From Dictyostelium discoideum (lineage: Eukaryota), in the NCBI GenBank assembly GCA_000004695.1, contig CM000152.2, positions 2,176,001 through 2,240,000 on the forward strand: DNA of 64,000 nt, in the 5' to 3' direction. Every line of letters starts with the position of its first letter. Position 1 is the stretch's first letter. Under the pieces are notes generated by a model. That model ran no database searches. It was not told the origin of the DNA and saw only the letters and a list, made by a program, of their open reading frames with translations. Of the stretch, positions 42,207 through 53,457 are shown one piece after another. The translations under genes and the position numbers were made by a program.

Positions 42207-42848
42207 TTTTTTTCCCAAGTATAATGAATCACCAGAAGAAAGACTAGCATAAATAAAACCAAGGAGAATGAACCGATGAAATGGCCCAATAAGTAACAAA
42301 GGACAGAAGACAAGAGAAAGAACCACACCAAAGTCAAAGAATTATATTATTCTAACAATAGAAATAAACTAATTAGAGGTAGAAAGAGAAGATAATTTTT
42401 CATTATTTATTTAAAATTTTTATTATTATTGGTTTGTTGTATTAAAATTAAAAATGTAAAATACCTAAATTTTTTTTTTTTTTTTTTTTTTTTCTCCCAA
42501 CCTCAATAATAAACTATTTATACAGATAGTGTATTAAAAAAAAACAAAAAATTATTATTATTATTAATAAAAAACAAAAAATTAATAAAAAATTAATACT
42601 AATAAAACTATTATTTATTTTATTTTTTATTTATTTATCTATTTTTTTTTATTTAATTATTTATAATAAAAATCTATTTATAATAAAACTATTATTTATT
42701 TGATTTTTTATTTATTTATTTATTTATTTTTATTTAATATATATTTATTTTTTGTTTTTTTTTTTTTCATTTACCTTGATTTTTAAAATCTTAGAAATTA
42801 ACTTGTTTGGATTAATTAATCAGAAGTTAAATGATTTTATTATTTTTT

Positions 42849-44534
42849 TTATATAATAAAGTCTGGATATTTTTCAAATAAAATTTTGTTATAAATTTGG
42901 CTATCGATTAGTGAGTTTAAAATTCTATTATCTTTTTTAGAATAACTTTGTAGTTTATCAATTGTAGTATCATATAATGTTGGTTTATCTTTAGGTTTTG
43001 TTGGAATTCTATCTATCAGTAATTGAACCATTTCAAAATTTTCATTCTTTATTGCAAAATTGATTGGATCTCTTGAAATTTGGATTTCAGGTAAATTTTC
43101 AAGAAAATATTTTAAAATATGTGTATAATTTTTTTGACAAACTTCATCAATGCATCTATATGTTAATTTTACTCTTTCACCATCTGAGCTATTAAATTTA
43201 TCAATAATGAATTTAGCAAATTCTAAATCTCCATCAAATGCAATATTAAAACAAAGATCATTAAATATATAATTTTCAAAATTTTCATAACAATATTTAA
43301 CAATTTCGAAACTTGTATTTGAAAAGTTAATACCAATAGGATTTAATCTTGATTTAAATGCTGATTCAACTAAATATTTAAATAATTGGAAATCTCTATT
43401 AGTAGATGCATATGATAAAAGTGAATTTGGGATAAACTTTAATGTTGGTTTAAACTTTTGTTTCACGTCTTCTAAATATTTCAAAGTTTCTAAATCATAA
43501 ACTTGATCAATCCCATAACTTAATTCTTTTGATTCTCCATTAAAACCAAGACAATTTTCTAAAAAGTTTTTAAAATGGTGAACTGATAAATTTGTTAAGA
43601 ATTTATAATTTGTAAAAATGGGATGAGTACATGATAAAGTCCTATTTGAAACTAACATTTGATAAACTTCAAGTGATTTATGGAAAACTCTATTATATGC
43701 AAAAACTAATTTATCCTGTCCTTTACTTGACTGATTTGGAAATTTATTAATAAATATTCTAGCCATTTCAATTGAACCAAGTACAACCATACGAACAATT
43801 AATTGATTTCTCGTTGTCCCAATATCACCATATTTACACTTGAATGGTAAATCATTACCATTCTCATCAACAATTGAATCCATTGATAAATCCATAATAG
43901 TTTGAAAACAAGACACTTTATTTAAATCTAAACAATCCATTATTGGTTGAAATTTTAATGATAATGGATTAGATTTTTGTTTTTCTTTCTCTTGTTTTGA
44001 AATTATTCTACAATTATTATTATAATTAAAACTATGATTTTTAAAACAATCAATTACATAAAGTATTGTATTAATATTATCTTGTTTAGATTGACACATT
44101 TTACCAATATATAATTGAAAATGATTAATATCAAATTTATAATTTTTAAATTTAATTAAAAATTCAATTATTTCAATACCAATTTTATTATTAAGTATAG
44201 ATAATTTTAAAATTTTATTTTTCTTTTTTTTTAATAAATTTTCATGATCATTATAAATTAAAATAAACTCTTGAATTGTAATTATATTTGATAAAATGAA
44301 ACTTTCTAAAATATAAATATCATTAAATTGAAATTTAAAATTAATTGCATTTTCATTATTTTTATTGAATAAATAACTTTGATAATATAAATTAAATAAA
44401 AATCTATTCTCTAAAATTCTAGTTAAATCTATATCTTTTAATTGTCTACCATTCCCTTTCCCATTTTTAACATAATTATAAATTATTGTAAATAAATATT
44501 TATTTTTAAAAACTTTAAAATATAAATTATCCAT
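42849..44534 (-). CDS. Hypothetical protein (561 aa; no recognisable domain)
   Basis: Uninterrupted ORF with normal Dictyostelium codon usage: MDNLYFKVFKNKYLFTIIYNYVKNGKGNGRQLKD... Confidence 0.6.
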   Translation of the reverse strand: MDNLYFKVFKNKYLFTIIYNYVKNGKGNGRQLKDIDLTRILENRFLFNLYYQSYLFNKNNENAINFKFQFNDIYILESFILSNIITIQEFILIYNDHENLLKKKKNKILKLSILNNKIGIEIIEFLIKFKNYKFDINHFQLYIGKMCQSKQDNINTILYVIDCFKNHSFNYNNNCRIISKQEKEKQKSNPLSLKFQPIMDCLDLNKVSCFQTIMDLSMDSIVDENGNDLPFKCKYGDIGTTRNQLIVRMVVLGSIEMARIFINKFPNQSSKGQDKLVFAYNRVFHKSLEVYQMLVSNRTLSCTHPIFTNYKFLTNLSVHHFKNFLENCLGFNGESKELSYGIDQVYDLETLKYLEDVKQKFKPTLKFIPNSLLSYASTNRDFQLFKYLVESAFKSRLNPIGINFSNTSFEIVKYCYENFENYIFNDLCFNIAFDGDLEFAKFIIDKFNSSDGERVKLTYRCIDEVCQKNYTHILKYFLENLPEIQISRDPINFAIKNENFEMVQLLIDRIPTKPKDKPTLYDTTIDKLQSYSKKDNRILNSLIDSQIYNKILFEKYPDFII

Positions 44535-44593
44535 TATTTTATTTTTATAATTTAAATAAATTAAAAAAATAAAAATAATATTAAAATGATTTG

Positions 44594-44639
<46 letters not shown>

Positions 44640-44985
44640 AGAAATAAAAAACGTGAAAATGGATTTGCAAGATTTTTAAAATCAGAAAAACAGAAAAAAA
44701 AAAAAAAAGTATAATAAAAAGAAAAAAAATTAATCTGTACTGTTTTTATTAAATTTTCTGTTGTAACAAATATATATTTATACATTTATATCAAAATAAA
44801 AAATAATAATAAAAATAATTTTAATTCTATCATACTTAAAAATATTCTATAAATAAAAATAAAAAAAATAAAAAAAAAAAAGGAAAAATGAAAAATGAAA
44901 AATGAAAAAAAAAAAAAAAAAAATTATTTAACATTCTCCTCGATTTCATATAATATTAAAAAAAACAAAAAAAAAAAAAAAAAAA

Positions 44986-45876
44986 ATGGAAGATAGAGGA
45001 AACCAAGATGGAGAAATTGAAGAAGGAATGATAGGTCAAGAAAGTTATGATGATATTAGAGAAAGAACCAAACAAAGGGAGTTAGAAAAATTAGAAAGAG
45101 AAAAGGAGAGTCAAAACTACAGATACAATAAAAGAGATTTCGACAGAAGAGATAATCATTATAGAGACCGTAACAGGGATGGACATAGAGATGGACACAG
45201 AGATAGAGATAGAGATAGAGATAGAGATAGAGATAGAGATAGAGATAGGGATAGGGATGGATATAGGGATGGACATAGAGATGGACATAGAGATGGACAC
45301 AGGGATAGGGATAGAGATAGAGACAACAGAAATAGAGATTTAAGAGACAACAGAAGTAGTAACAGAGACTTCAATAGAAAAGATAACCATAGAGATAATG
45401 ATAGAAGGGATAATGATAGAAGAGATAATGGCAGAAGATCCCATTCAAGATCAAGATCCAGATCAAGAAGTAGAGAACGTGATAGAAAAAGACAAAGAGA
45501 TCATAGTAGATCAAGGTCAAGATCAAGAAGTAGAGATAGAAGAGACGGTGGTGATAATGGTAGTAAATCAAATAAACAAAATGATAAGAATAATAAACCA
45601 CCCTCAAATGATAAATCACAACAAACCAATGACAAAAAGAAACAAAATCAATCAACTAAAGAAGGTGATCAATCAAATAATAATAATAATAATAATAATG
45701 AAAATGAGGAGGATGAAGATGACGGATTAGATCCTGAAACTAGAGAAATGATGAGACAAATGGGTGTACCCGTTAATTTCTCTTCAACAAAAGGAAAAAA
45801 GGTTGAAGGAAACTCACAAGGTGGTACAAAACTTCAATTTACAAGAGAGTATAGACAATTTATGAACAAAAGGTAA
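44986..45876 (+). CDS. snrnp27: U4/U6.U5 tri-snRNP 27 kDa protein (SNRNP27)-like, with an RD/RS-rich N-terminal region
   Basis: RS and RD dipeptide repeats, then DPETREMMRQMGVPVNFSSTKGKKVEGNSQGGTKLQFTREYRQFMNKR. This matches the DUF1777 C-terminus of human SNRNP27 (...[46 protein letters not shown]). Confidence 0.75.
   Translation: MEDRGNQDGEIEEGMIGQESYDDIRERTKQRELEKLEREKESQNYRYNKRDFDRRDNHYRDRNRDGHRDGHRDRDRDRDRDRDRDRDRDRDGYRDGHRDGHRDGHRDRDRDRDNRNRDLRDNRSSNRDFNRKDNHRDNDRRDNDRRDNGRRSHSRSRSRSRSRERDRKRQRDHSRSRSRSRSRDRRDGGDNGSKSNKQNDKNNKPPSNDKSQQTNDKKKQNQSTKEGDQSNNNNNNNNENEEDEDDGLDPETREMMRQMGVPVNFSSTKGKKVEGNSQGGTKLQFTREYRQFMNKR
45176..45316. repeat. (GATAGA)n / (GATGGACATAGA)n hexamer and dodecamer repeats encoding the RD / RDGH repeats of the SNRNP27-like protein
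   Basis: Tandem gatagagatagagatagagat... with gggatggacatagagatggacac units on either side. Confidence 0.9.
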
Positions 45877-46298
45877 CATTATTATTATTATTATCATTTT
45901 TATTTTTTTTTATTTGTATACTTTTTAAAAGTTATTAACATATTTTTTTTTTTTCCCTAATTTGGTTATTGCTTAAACTAAAATAATGGTACATTTTTAG
46001 AAAGAGAGAACAAAAATAAAGATATTTTCCTTTTTTTTTTTTTTTTTTTTTTCCTTTTTTTTTTATTAAAATTTATTTGATTTACAAATAGAGTATTTTA
46101 TTCTCCTATTCAAGATGGATTTACAAGTTTTTTTTTTTTTTTTTTTTTTTTTTTTCTTTTTTTCTTTCTTTTTTTTTTTTTTTCTTTTTGTTTGGTGCTT
46201 AAAAAAAATTATGTACAAAATAGTTAAATTATTAAATTTGTTTCTTAAAAAAAAAAAAAAAACTATTTTTTTTTTTTTTCCTTTCTTCCTTTCTTTTC

Positions 46299-46410
46299 TT
46301 TTCTTGTTTTCTTTTCTTTTCTTTTCTTTTCTTTTCTTTTCTTTTCTTTTCTTTTCTTTTCTTTTCTTTTTCTTTTTCTTTTCTTTTCTTTTCTTTTCTT
46401 TTCTTTTCTT
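46299..46410. repeat. (CTTTT)n pentamer microsatellite, ~22 units, inside a 500-bp pyrimidine-rich intergenic block (46130-46640; also (GATTTGTTTT)3)
   Basis: cttttcttttctttt... run. Confidence 0.9.
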
Positions 46411-46667
46411 TGCTTTTTTGATTTGGTAATATTTAGTATTGCATGTTTTTTTTTTTTTGTTTTTTTGTTTTTTTGTTTTTTTTTTTTTTTTTTTTTTTGA
46501 TTTGTTTTGATTTGTTTTGATTTGTTATTATTGTTATTTTTTTTTTTTTTTTTTTTTTTTTTATTATTTTTTTTTTTTTTTTTTTTTTTTGTTTTTTTTT
46601 TTTTTTTTTTTTTTTTTTGTATTAGCCTTGGTGTTTGTTGTTATTATTAAAAAAAAAAAAAAAGAAA

Positions 46668-47201
46668 TTAAGATTTTTGAGAGGTTAAATTTGGTGAAGA
46701 AGGTGGTCTATTTAAAAATTGATTATAAGTTTCCATATTACGACGAAGCATTTGATCAATAGGACCACAAAGACGATTAAATCTTTGTCTATCCAATTCT
46801 ACACATTTTGTATAACCAATAGAAGTTACAGTTGCAGCTCTTGGTCTATCAGTAAGTAATGCAATTTCACCAAAGTAATCAGAAGGATGTAATTCAGAGA
46901 CTACATGACTAGTGGAATGATCACCAGGAACTGTTTCTTGAGTGACAACAACTTTACCTTCAACGATAATGTAAAATCTATCACCTGGATCACCTTGACG
47001 CACAATAACCTCACCATCTTGAAAATTAACAGGTTCCAATGCATCTGCTAATGATACTCTTTCATATTTATCAATATGACGTAAAATTGATACTTTTTCT
47101 AAAAATTCTTCATATAATTTTCTCTTTTTAATTGTTTGATCCATTAATATACGTCTATAAGTTGCTCCATTTAATGCCCATAATCTAACATCAGTTCTTG
47201 C
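46668..47201 (-). CDS. pkaR: PkaR exon 2 (cNMP-binding domain B); spliced product 327 aa
   Basis: Acceptor ...TTTTAAAAG at 47202-3. ARTDVRLWALNGATYRRILMDQTIKKRKLYEEFLEKVSILRHIDKYERVSLADALEP...FGEIALLTDRPRAATV matches the RI-alpha B domain nearly residue for residue. No dimerisation domain, as described for the Dictyostelium R subunit. Confidence 0.9.
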   Translation of the reverse strand, partial: ARTDVRLWALNGATYRRILMDQTIKKRKLYEEFLEKVSILRHIDKYERVSLADALEPVNFQDGEVIVRQGDPGDRFYIIVEGKVVVTQETVPGDHSTSHVVSELHPSDYFGEIALLTDRPRAATVTSIGYTKCVELDRQRFNRLCGPIDQMLRRNMETYNQFLNRPPSSPNLTSQKS

Positions 47202-47445
47202 CTTTTAAAAAATTAATTGTTTACAAGATATTAAATAATATTAAATAAATTAATTTTATTATTAAAAAAAATAAAATAAAAAAAAAAATTAAATAAAAAA
47301 AAATAAAATAAAAATAAAAAAAATTATGATTAGTCAAATTTAGATCTTTTTTTTTTTTTATGATAAATTTAAATTTAAAATAAAATAATAAAAAATGAAT
47401 TAAATATTGGAAAAAATAAATGAAAAAAAAAAAAAAAAAACTTAC

Positions 47446-47895
47446 AATAACAGTTGCAGCTCTTGGACTACCATAAATTAAAGCTAATTCACCAAAACTA
47501 CCACCTTCAAATACTTCCATTACTAAAGTTGGGGAACCACCATTTTGACAAACATAAATATCACAAATACCAGAATCAATAACATAAAATAGATCACCTT
47601 CATCACCTTGTTTTATGATGATATCACCCGCTTTATAGAGTACTTCAACCATTGCTAAAAATACAACGTTTCTTTCCTCCTCTTCTAAATGACTAAACAT
47701 AATATTATTTGATAATGCTTGTTCTAAACGTTGTTGTGTCTCTACTGTTTTTGGAATATTAGGTAATGGTGTTGCTGGTTTATCTCCCAGTGGTTCACTA
47801 CTAATTGCACCTCTTCTTTTTCGTGTAATATTATTATTATTTTGTGCTTCTACTTTTTCTGTTGCTTTTTGGTTATGTGATATATTATTTGTCAT
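47446..47895 (-). CDS. pkaR: cAMP-dependent protein kinase regulatory subunit PkaR, exon 1 (inhibitor site RRGAIS plus cNMP-binding domain A)
   Basis: MTNNISHNQKATEKVEAQNNNNITRKRRGAISSEPL...FGELALIYGSPRAATVI. GTAAGT donor at 47445 (phase 0). Confidence 0.9.
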
Positions 47896-48197
47896 TTTTT
47901 TTTTTTTTTGTTTTCTCAAAAAAAATAATAAATAATAAAATTTTTCTTTATACTATTTTTATTGTTTTATTATTATTATTACTATTACTATAATTTAAAA
48001 CTTTAGTTTTTTGTCCTAATTTTTTAATTTTTTAAAATTTTTTAATTTTTTTTTTTCTTTCTTTAAATTTTTTTTATTTTTTTTTTTTTTTATTTTTCTT
48101 CTATTTTTTTTTATTTATATAAATTTTTACTATTGTGTTATTATTTTATATTATTTTATTTAATATTGCAGGAACTGAAAGAAAAAAAAAAAAAAAG

Positions 48198-48232
<35 letters not shown>

Positions 48233-48474
48233 GGGTTTTAATTTAAATTGTATATATGTGTGTGTGTGTAAATTTTAGGAAAATCTTTTTTTTTTTAATT
48301 ATTTTTTTTATTTTTTTTTTTTTTTTTTTTTTTTTCAATTTGTAAAAAAGTTTTTGTTTTAAAAATAGCAAAAGAAAAAAAAAAAAACTTAGCACAATTT
48401 AAATAAAGATTATAATAAAAAATATAATTGATAAAATAAAAAAAAAAAAAAAAATAAAATAAAATAAAAAAAAA

Positions 48475-48507
<33 letters not shown>

Positions 48508-48707
48508 GTAATAATTATATTATTATTATTATTATTATTTTATTTTTATTTTTTTTTTTTTTTGTTTTTTTTTTTTTAAATATATATACTGATGAAAGAT
48601 AGTATAAATTTATATTTTTGATTTGTTTTATTTTTATTTATTTATTTTTATTTTTTTTATTTTTTTTTTTGATTTGGTTTTTTTTTTTTTTTTTTTTAAT
48701 TTTTTTA

Positions 48708-48741
<34 letters not shown>

Positions 48742-48743
48742 TT

Positions 48744-51700
48744 TTATTTTGAGGAAAATGTAAGTTGAGCAATTTCTTTAACCAAGATTTGATTTAAAAG
48801 AGATTGAGGAGATTTAATATCAAAAGAAATATTACCATCCTTTTCTTTCACCAACATTGCGATATGATGATTTTGAGTAGTTTTAGCATAAAAGGAAGCT
48901 GTTTGACCATTTGGATGAGCTTGTACAACTTCAATAGATAATTGTTGAGCAAGTTTTTCAATGACCAATGGCATTGTTAAGGATTGGCCAGTGATTTTAG
49001 TTGAATCCATTGCACTTACTTGACCTGATTTTTGAAGGATTTCAGCAAACTTATCTTTTGGTAATTTTGTAGCAACAATAAAGAATGAGAATGGTAAATC
49101 GATTGATAATTGATTTGTGATTGATGGTGAAGAGGATGGGGATGCCAATAAAGTGAATTGTAACTCTTGGCTATTCAATACATTGACAACATTCAATAAC
49201 TCTGTATGAGTAGTGGATGCATCAGCCTCCAATACACCAATTTCACCACTATTCTTTATGGAAACACATTGTTCTGCTGGATTCTTTAAACTAATTGAAA
49301 CATCTGACATATCTTCATCAGTTTTATTTTGTACTTTCATTGTTAACTTGATTTGATTATTATCTGTTTCATTTGATGGTGATACTTTAAGAATTTCACA
49401 TGTAATCTTAAAATTATCATCATCCAAAATTGTTTTTAATACTTTTTTGACAATTACTGGTGGTGGTGCTACTACAGCTGCTGCTGCTTGAGTTGATTTA
49501 GTAGTGGTAGTAGTTGAGGAGGTGGCTGCTGGTTTCTTGCTTGATTTTTTAGCAGTTGGTGGTGGTGGTGGATTTGAACCAGCAGCAGCTTTTTTAGTAG
49601 CTTTTTTAGCAGGTGCAATCTCTGGTGATGTAACTTCAGAATAATTTGCAGTTGATGGTGGTGATTTTGGTGATAGTTTTGCATTTTTCTTTGCCAACAT
49701 TGCCATTTCTCTTTCTTTCTCTTTTATGATATCAGTTCTATGACGAGAAGTATGTAAAACATCACTTGCGGTCAATGGTTCTGATAAGTTTATATTTGAA
49801 AGAGCATCATTTTTGTATTTGTTATCTTTTTCATCCTCATCATCAGATTCTTTTGCACCCTCTGGCATTTCAGTGGTAGTATCGATGGTATAATGTTTTT
49901 TTGTTTTTTTACTACCTTTTGATGGCATTGGTCTATTTGATGATGCACCAACATGAAGATGACCTAAATCACCAGTTAGTTGAACCACTGGAATATTTTC
50001 AGGATCATTGGTTGATAATTTCTTTGATACTTTACCACCCAACATATATGGATTATTAGCTTGTTTTCTTAATCTTTCTTCCTTTTGTCTTTGAATATCA
50101 ATTGGATGACGATTGAAATTACTACTTGAATGACCTGAATGAGAACTATTGGTTTCATCATCTTCATCATCATCACCATCATATCCTCCACGGTGATGTT
50201 TGTGATGTTTCTTTTGATGACTAGATGTACTTGTATTGAAAATATCATCATCTTCATCCTCTTCAATTGGTTCTTGATGTTTTGGATCATTAATCCATTC
50301 ATCTAAATCTAAACCTTCTGGAATTGGTACTTTCTTTTGAGCTTTTGGACCAACTGGATTTAATTGTTCTGTGAACAATGAAATTAACTCCTTTGAAATA
50401 TTATTACCTTGTTCTTTAGTGACTGTGTAGAATGATAATAATTCATTAATAAGACAAGCACGTTCTTGTACATTTAGGTAAATACTATGAGTGAAAATTG
50501 TTAAACGTGATTTAATAATTTCAAGACATTCTTGAACGATTTCATGAGTGATTTCATTTTGGTCCTCTTCTTCTTGTGCTTCCTCTTCCTCATCATCATC
50601 GTCTAATGATGGGATTTTGTCACCGTTTGCTTTTGCACAAGCATGAGAGAAAACTTTTAATGAATTTAACATGTAAACTGATTGAATATGTGATGGTAAT
50701 ACACAAACACGTGGTTGTAAGAATGCTTCCAATGCGTCTATTGGACGATTGACATAACCAGAGAACTCACCAACAATCCAAGCGGCAGCATATAAAACTT
50801 CACACATACCACCTTCGGTTGGATTTGACATGAGTTTTGGATTCTTTAATAGTTCAATCATTTGTCTGGTACTATAGGCACGTACGATCTTTACACGAAT
50901 TACAACGTCCAATAATTGAGAGGCAATTAATTTACCATGAATTGAATCTTGAATTTGTGATAATTTAACCAAGATATTGATATACCATTCGAAGTCGGTA
51001 ATGAATTGATAAGTGCCCATTGAGCATAGTTCAATTATTTTCTCGATGATTTGCTCTTTATATTGACCCTCTGCATTGTCTAAATGATCCAATAGTTTGA
51101 ATACGATATCACCGATGTTCTTCTTGCTGGTCATGCCTGGCAAGAGATCCAATGCTCTCAAACGGATGGAGATATCATCGTCCTCCAAACAATTCAACAC
51201 TAAATCCCTATGCTCTGACACAGCCTTTGGATGAATCTTCATAATGTTATTCAATGCCAATAGACCAAGATACTTTAAATTCTGGTCATTATGCTCGATC
51301 AATGTTCTCAACTTTGAAATACACAACTTCATCAATGGTATATGGTCAGACATACCAGTGATGCAAGTTTGAATGCACTCGTAAAGCAATGAAACCGATG
51401 GTGACGAATTGATAATGTTTGTGAGTGGGTCTATTAGCTTCTTGCCCAAACGTGGCTCGTGTGGTGTCAATGCTGCAAACAACTTTACAATCTTGATTAA
51501 CATCCAATAGTTGTTGGTGGTGTTGGTTAGAATTCTGAATAACACAGGTGCCAATGGTAAATAGTTCTTTGGATTTCTTCTGGCAAGTTCGCAAATCACA
51601 TTGACTGAGCATGATACAACCGATGGCTCGGGATCATCCAATTTCTCTCTTAACTTTGGGAATGCTGGTCTTAGCGATTCTGGATATCTCAAGAATATCT

Positions 51701-52022
51701 TATATAACACCGTGATGGCTCTCTTTAAAATATGTGTTTTTTGTGTACTCAATAATGTTAGGATATCATTTGCCAACTCTCTTGCTAAATCGGTTGTACA
51801 AATATTTGAAAGACAATTCAATGCTAAATAGGCTTCACTTTGATTCGATGATAAGAAATCCTTTCTAATTTGATGAGTTGCCAATACAATAACATCTGTT
51901 CCTTCATTAAAACTTTGTGATGCTGCTAAATATCCAATTCTTTTTGATGAAAATTTATTACAACTCATAACTTCAACAATTTTAAATGATGCCCAACTAA
52001 TATCAAATCCTAACATTTGAAT
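48744..52022 (-). CDS. ap3d1: AP-3 complex delta subunit exon 2 (adaptin trunk, K/E-rich hinge, ear)
   Basis: Intron 1 contains an A61 tract with acceptor ...AATTAG at 52023-4. IQMLGFDISWASFKIVEVMSCNKFSSKRIGYLAASQSF...NLKYLGLLAL...FEWYINILVKL aligns with AP3D1 throughout. Confidence 0.85.
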   Translation of the reverse strand: MQMLGFDISWASFKIVEVMSCNKFSSKRIGYLAASQSFNEGTDVIVLATHQIRKDFLSSNQSEAYLALNCLSNICTTDLARELANDILTLLSTQKTHILKRAITVLYKIFLRYPESLRPAFPKLREKLDDPEPSVVSCSVNVICELARRNPKNYLPLAPVLFRILTNTTNNYWMLIKIVKLFAALTPHEPRLGKKLIDPLTNIINSSPSVSLLYECIQTCITGMSDHIPLMKLCISKLRTLIEHNDQNLKYLGLLALNNIMKIHPKAVSEHRDLVLNCLEDDDISIRLRALDLLPGMTSKKNIGDIVFKLLDHLDNAEGQYKEQIIEKIIELCSMGTYQFITDFEWYINILVKLSQIQDSIHGKLIASQLLDVVIRVKIVRAYSTRQMIELLKNPKLMSNPTEGGMCEVLYAAAWIVGEFSGYVNRPIDALEAFLQPRVCVLPSHIQSVYMLNSLKVFSHACAKANGDKIPSLDDDDEEEEAQEEEDQNEITHEIVQECLEIIKSRLTIFTHSIYLNVQERACLINELLSFYTVTKEQGNNISKELISLFTEQLNPVGPKAQKKVPIPEGLDLDEWINDPKHQEPIEEDEDDDIFNTSTSSHQKKHHKHHRGGYDGDDDEDDETNSSHSGHSSSNFNRHPIDIQRQKEERLRKQANNPYMLGGKVSKKLSTNDPENIPVVQLTGDLGHLHVGASSNRPMPSKGSKKTKKHYTIDTTTEMPEGAKESDDEDEKDNKYKNDALSNINLSEPLTASDVLHTSRHRTDIIKEKEREMAMLAKKNAKLSPKSPPSTANYSEVTSPEIAPAKKATKKAAAGSNPPPPPTAKKSSKKPAATSSTTTTTKSTQAAAAVVAPPPVIVKKVLKTILDDDNFKITCEILKVSPSNETDNNQIKLTMKVQNKTDEDMSDVSISLKNPAEQCVSIKNSGEIGVLEADASTTHTELLNVVNVLNSQELQFTLLASPSSSPSITNQLSIDLPFSFFIVATKLPKDKFAEILQKSGQVSAMDSTKITGQSLTMPLVIEKLAQQLSIEVVQAHPNGQTASFYAKTTQNHHIAMLVKEKDGNISFDIKSPQSLLNQILVKEIAQLTFSSK

Positions 52023-52036
52023 CTAATTTTAATTTT

Positions 52037-52093
<57 letters not shown>

Positions 52094-52182
52094 TAAATAA
52101 ATTAATAAATATATAATATATATGTGAATATTATGAATAAAGTATTTAAGAGTTTTTTTTTATTTTTTAAAAAAATACACAC

Positions 52183-52341
52183 ATATGTTAATTTTTGGAC
52201 GGCAACTGTCTTTTTTTGCATATCACCTTTTAATTCTTCTTTAATTTCATTTATACATTGATTTATAAATTTAGTTTCATTCTTTTTATGGTTTCTAATA
52301 CCTCTGATGAGGTCAACCAATGTTCTTTCAAACATTTTCAA
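52183..52341 (-). CDS. ap3d1: AP-3 complex delta subunit (delta-adaptin) exon 1
   Basis: MKMFERTLVDLIRGIRNHKKNETKFINQCINEIKEELKGDMQKKTVAVQKLTY matches human AP3D1 MFDKNLQDLVRGIRNHKEDEAKYISQCIDEIKQELK...KLTY. GTGTGT donor at 52182 (phase 0). Confidence 0.8.
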
Positions 52342-52419
52342 TAGTTTTTGGTGAATGAAAATATAAAAATAATAAAAAAAAAAAAAATCAAAAAAAAAAA
52401 ATTAAAAAAAAAAAAAAAT

Positions 52420-52454
<35 letters not shown>

Positions 52455-52943
52455 AGATATTGAAAATTTATTTACTCAAATGAGCCACGAAGTTTTTGAA
52501 TTGTTGTTTTGAGTAGGCAAAAAAAAAATTTATATTCATTTTTTAATAATATATATATATATAGCAATATATATCTATATATAGAAATATTATTTTTAAT
52601 AAATCAAGATTCCAAAAAAAAAAATAAAATAATAATAATAAAATAAAATAATTTTTTAAAAAAAAAAAAATAATAAAAATAAATTTTTATTTTTACAATA
52701 ATAAAAATAAATTTTACAATTCATATGTTAATTATTTATTTAAATATATAAATTCTGCATCCATTTTTTTTTTTTTTTTTTTTTTTTTTATATTTATTTT
52801 TTATTTTATTTTATTTTTTTTTATATTTTTTTAATTTTTTTTTTTTTTTCAATTTTTTTTATTTTTATTTTTATTTTTTATATTTTTTTTTAATTTTTTT
52901 TTGAAGAACATTAAACTTTTTGTCACATATATAATTAAATAAA

Positions 52944-52985
52944 ATGTCAGAAAGACAAAAAGATGGAGAATATGGTGTATTTGTT
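52944..52985 (+). CDS. hnRNP R/Q (SYNCRIP)-like three-RRM RNA-binding protein, exon 1
   Basis: MSERQKDGEYGVFV (RNP2 of RRM1). GTATGT donor at 52986. Confidence 0.6.
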
Positions 52986-53034
52986 GTATGTATTATCTTT
53001 TATTTTATTTCTATTTTCTATTTAATTTTTATTT

Positions 53035-53065
<31 letters not shown>

Positions 53066-53114
53066 CGATGAAATTATTAATTACTAATTTTTTTTTTTTT
53101 TTTAAACTTTTTAG

Positions 53115-53323
53115 TCCGATATCGCAAGAGGTGTAACAGATGAACAATTAAAAGAAGAGTTTTCAAAGATCGGTGATGTTTTAGAAGCTGTAGTTGTAAA
53201 GAATAAACATTCTGGTGAAACTAAAGGTTATGGTTTTGTTAAATTTTATCATATGGCCGATGCTCAACATGCAATTGAAACACCAAATCCACCATTATTT
53301 AAAGATGGTATTACAGGCAAACC
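53115..53323 (+). CDS. hnRNP R/Q-like exon 2 (RRM1)
   Basis: Acceptor ...CTTTTTAG at 53113-4. ...SGETKGYGFVKFYHMADAQHAIE. GTAAGT donor at 53324 (phase 2). Confidence 0.75.
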
Positions 53324-53415
53324 GTAAGTTAATAATTATTATATTATTATTATTTTACACATATTTATATATATCTATACTTTCTCATTGTCATCACACC
53401 ATTGTCGTATTTTAC

Positions 53416-53457
<42 letters not shown>

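Noticed and set aside
45091-45374. Minus-strand ORFs of SISISI and SLSLSL peptides
   Set aside because: Antisense reading of the (GATAGA)n tract that encodes the RD repeats of the SNRNP27-like protein.
46668-47919. Track ORF start MRKQKKKK upstream of pkaR
   Set aside because: It starts at a TTG and reads through A-rich leader. The conserved protein begins at the ATG of MTNNISHNQ (47895), which gives exactly the expected 327 aa after splicing.
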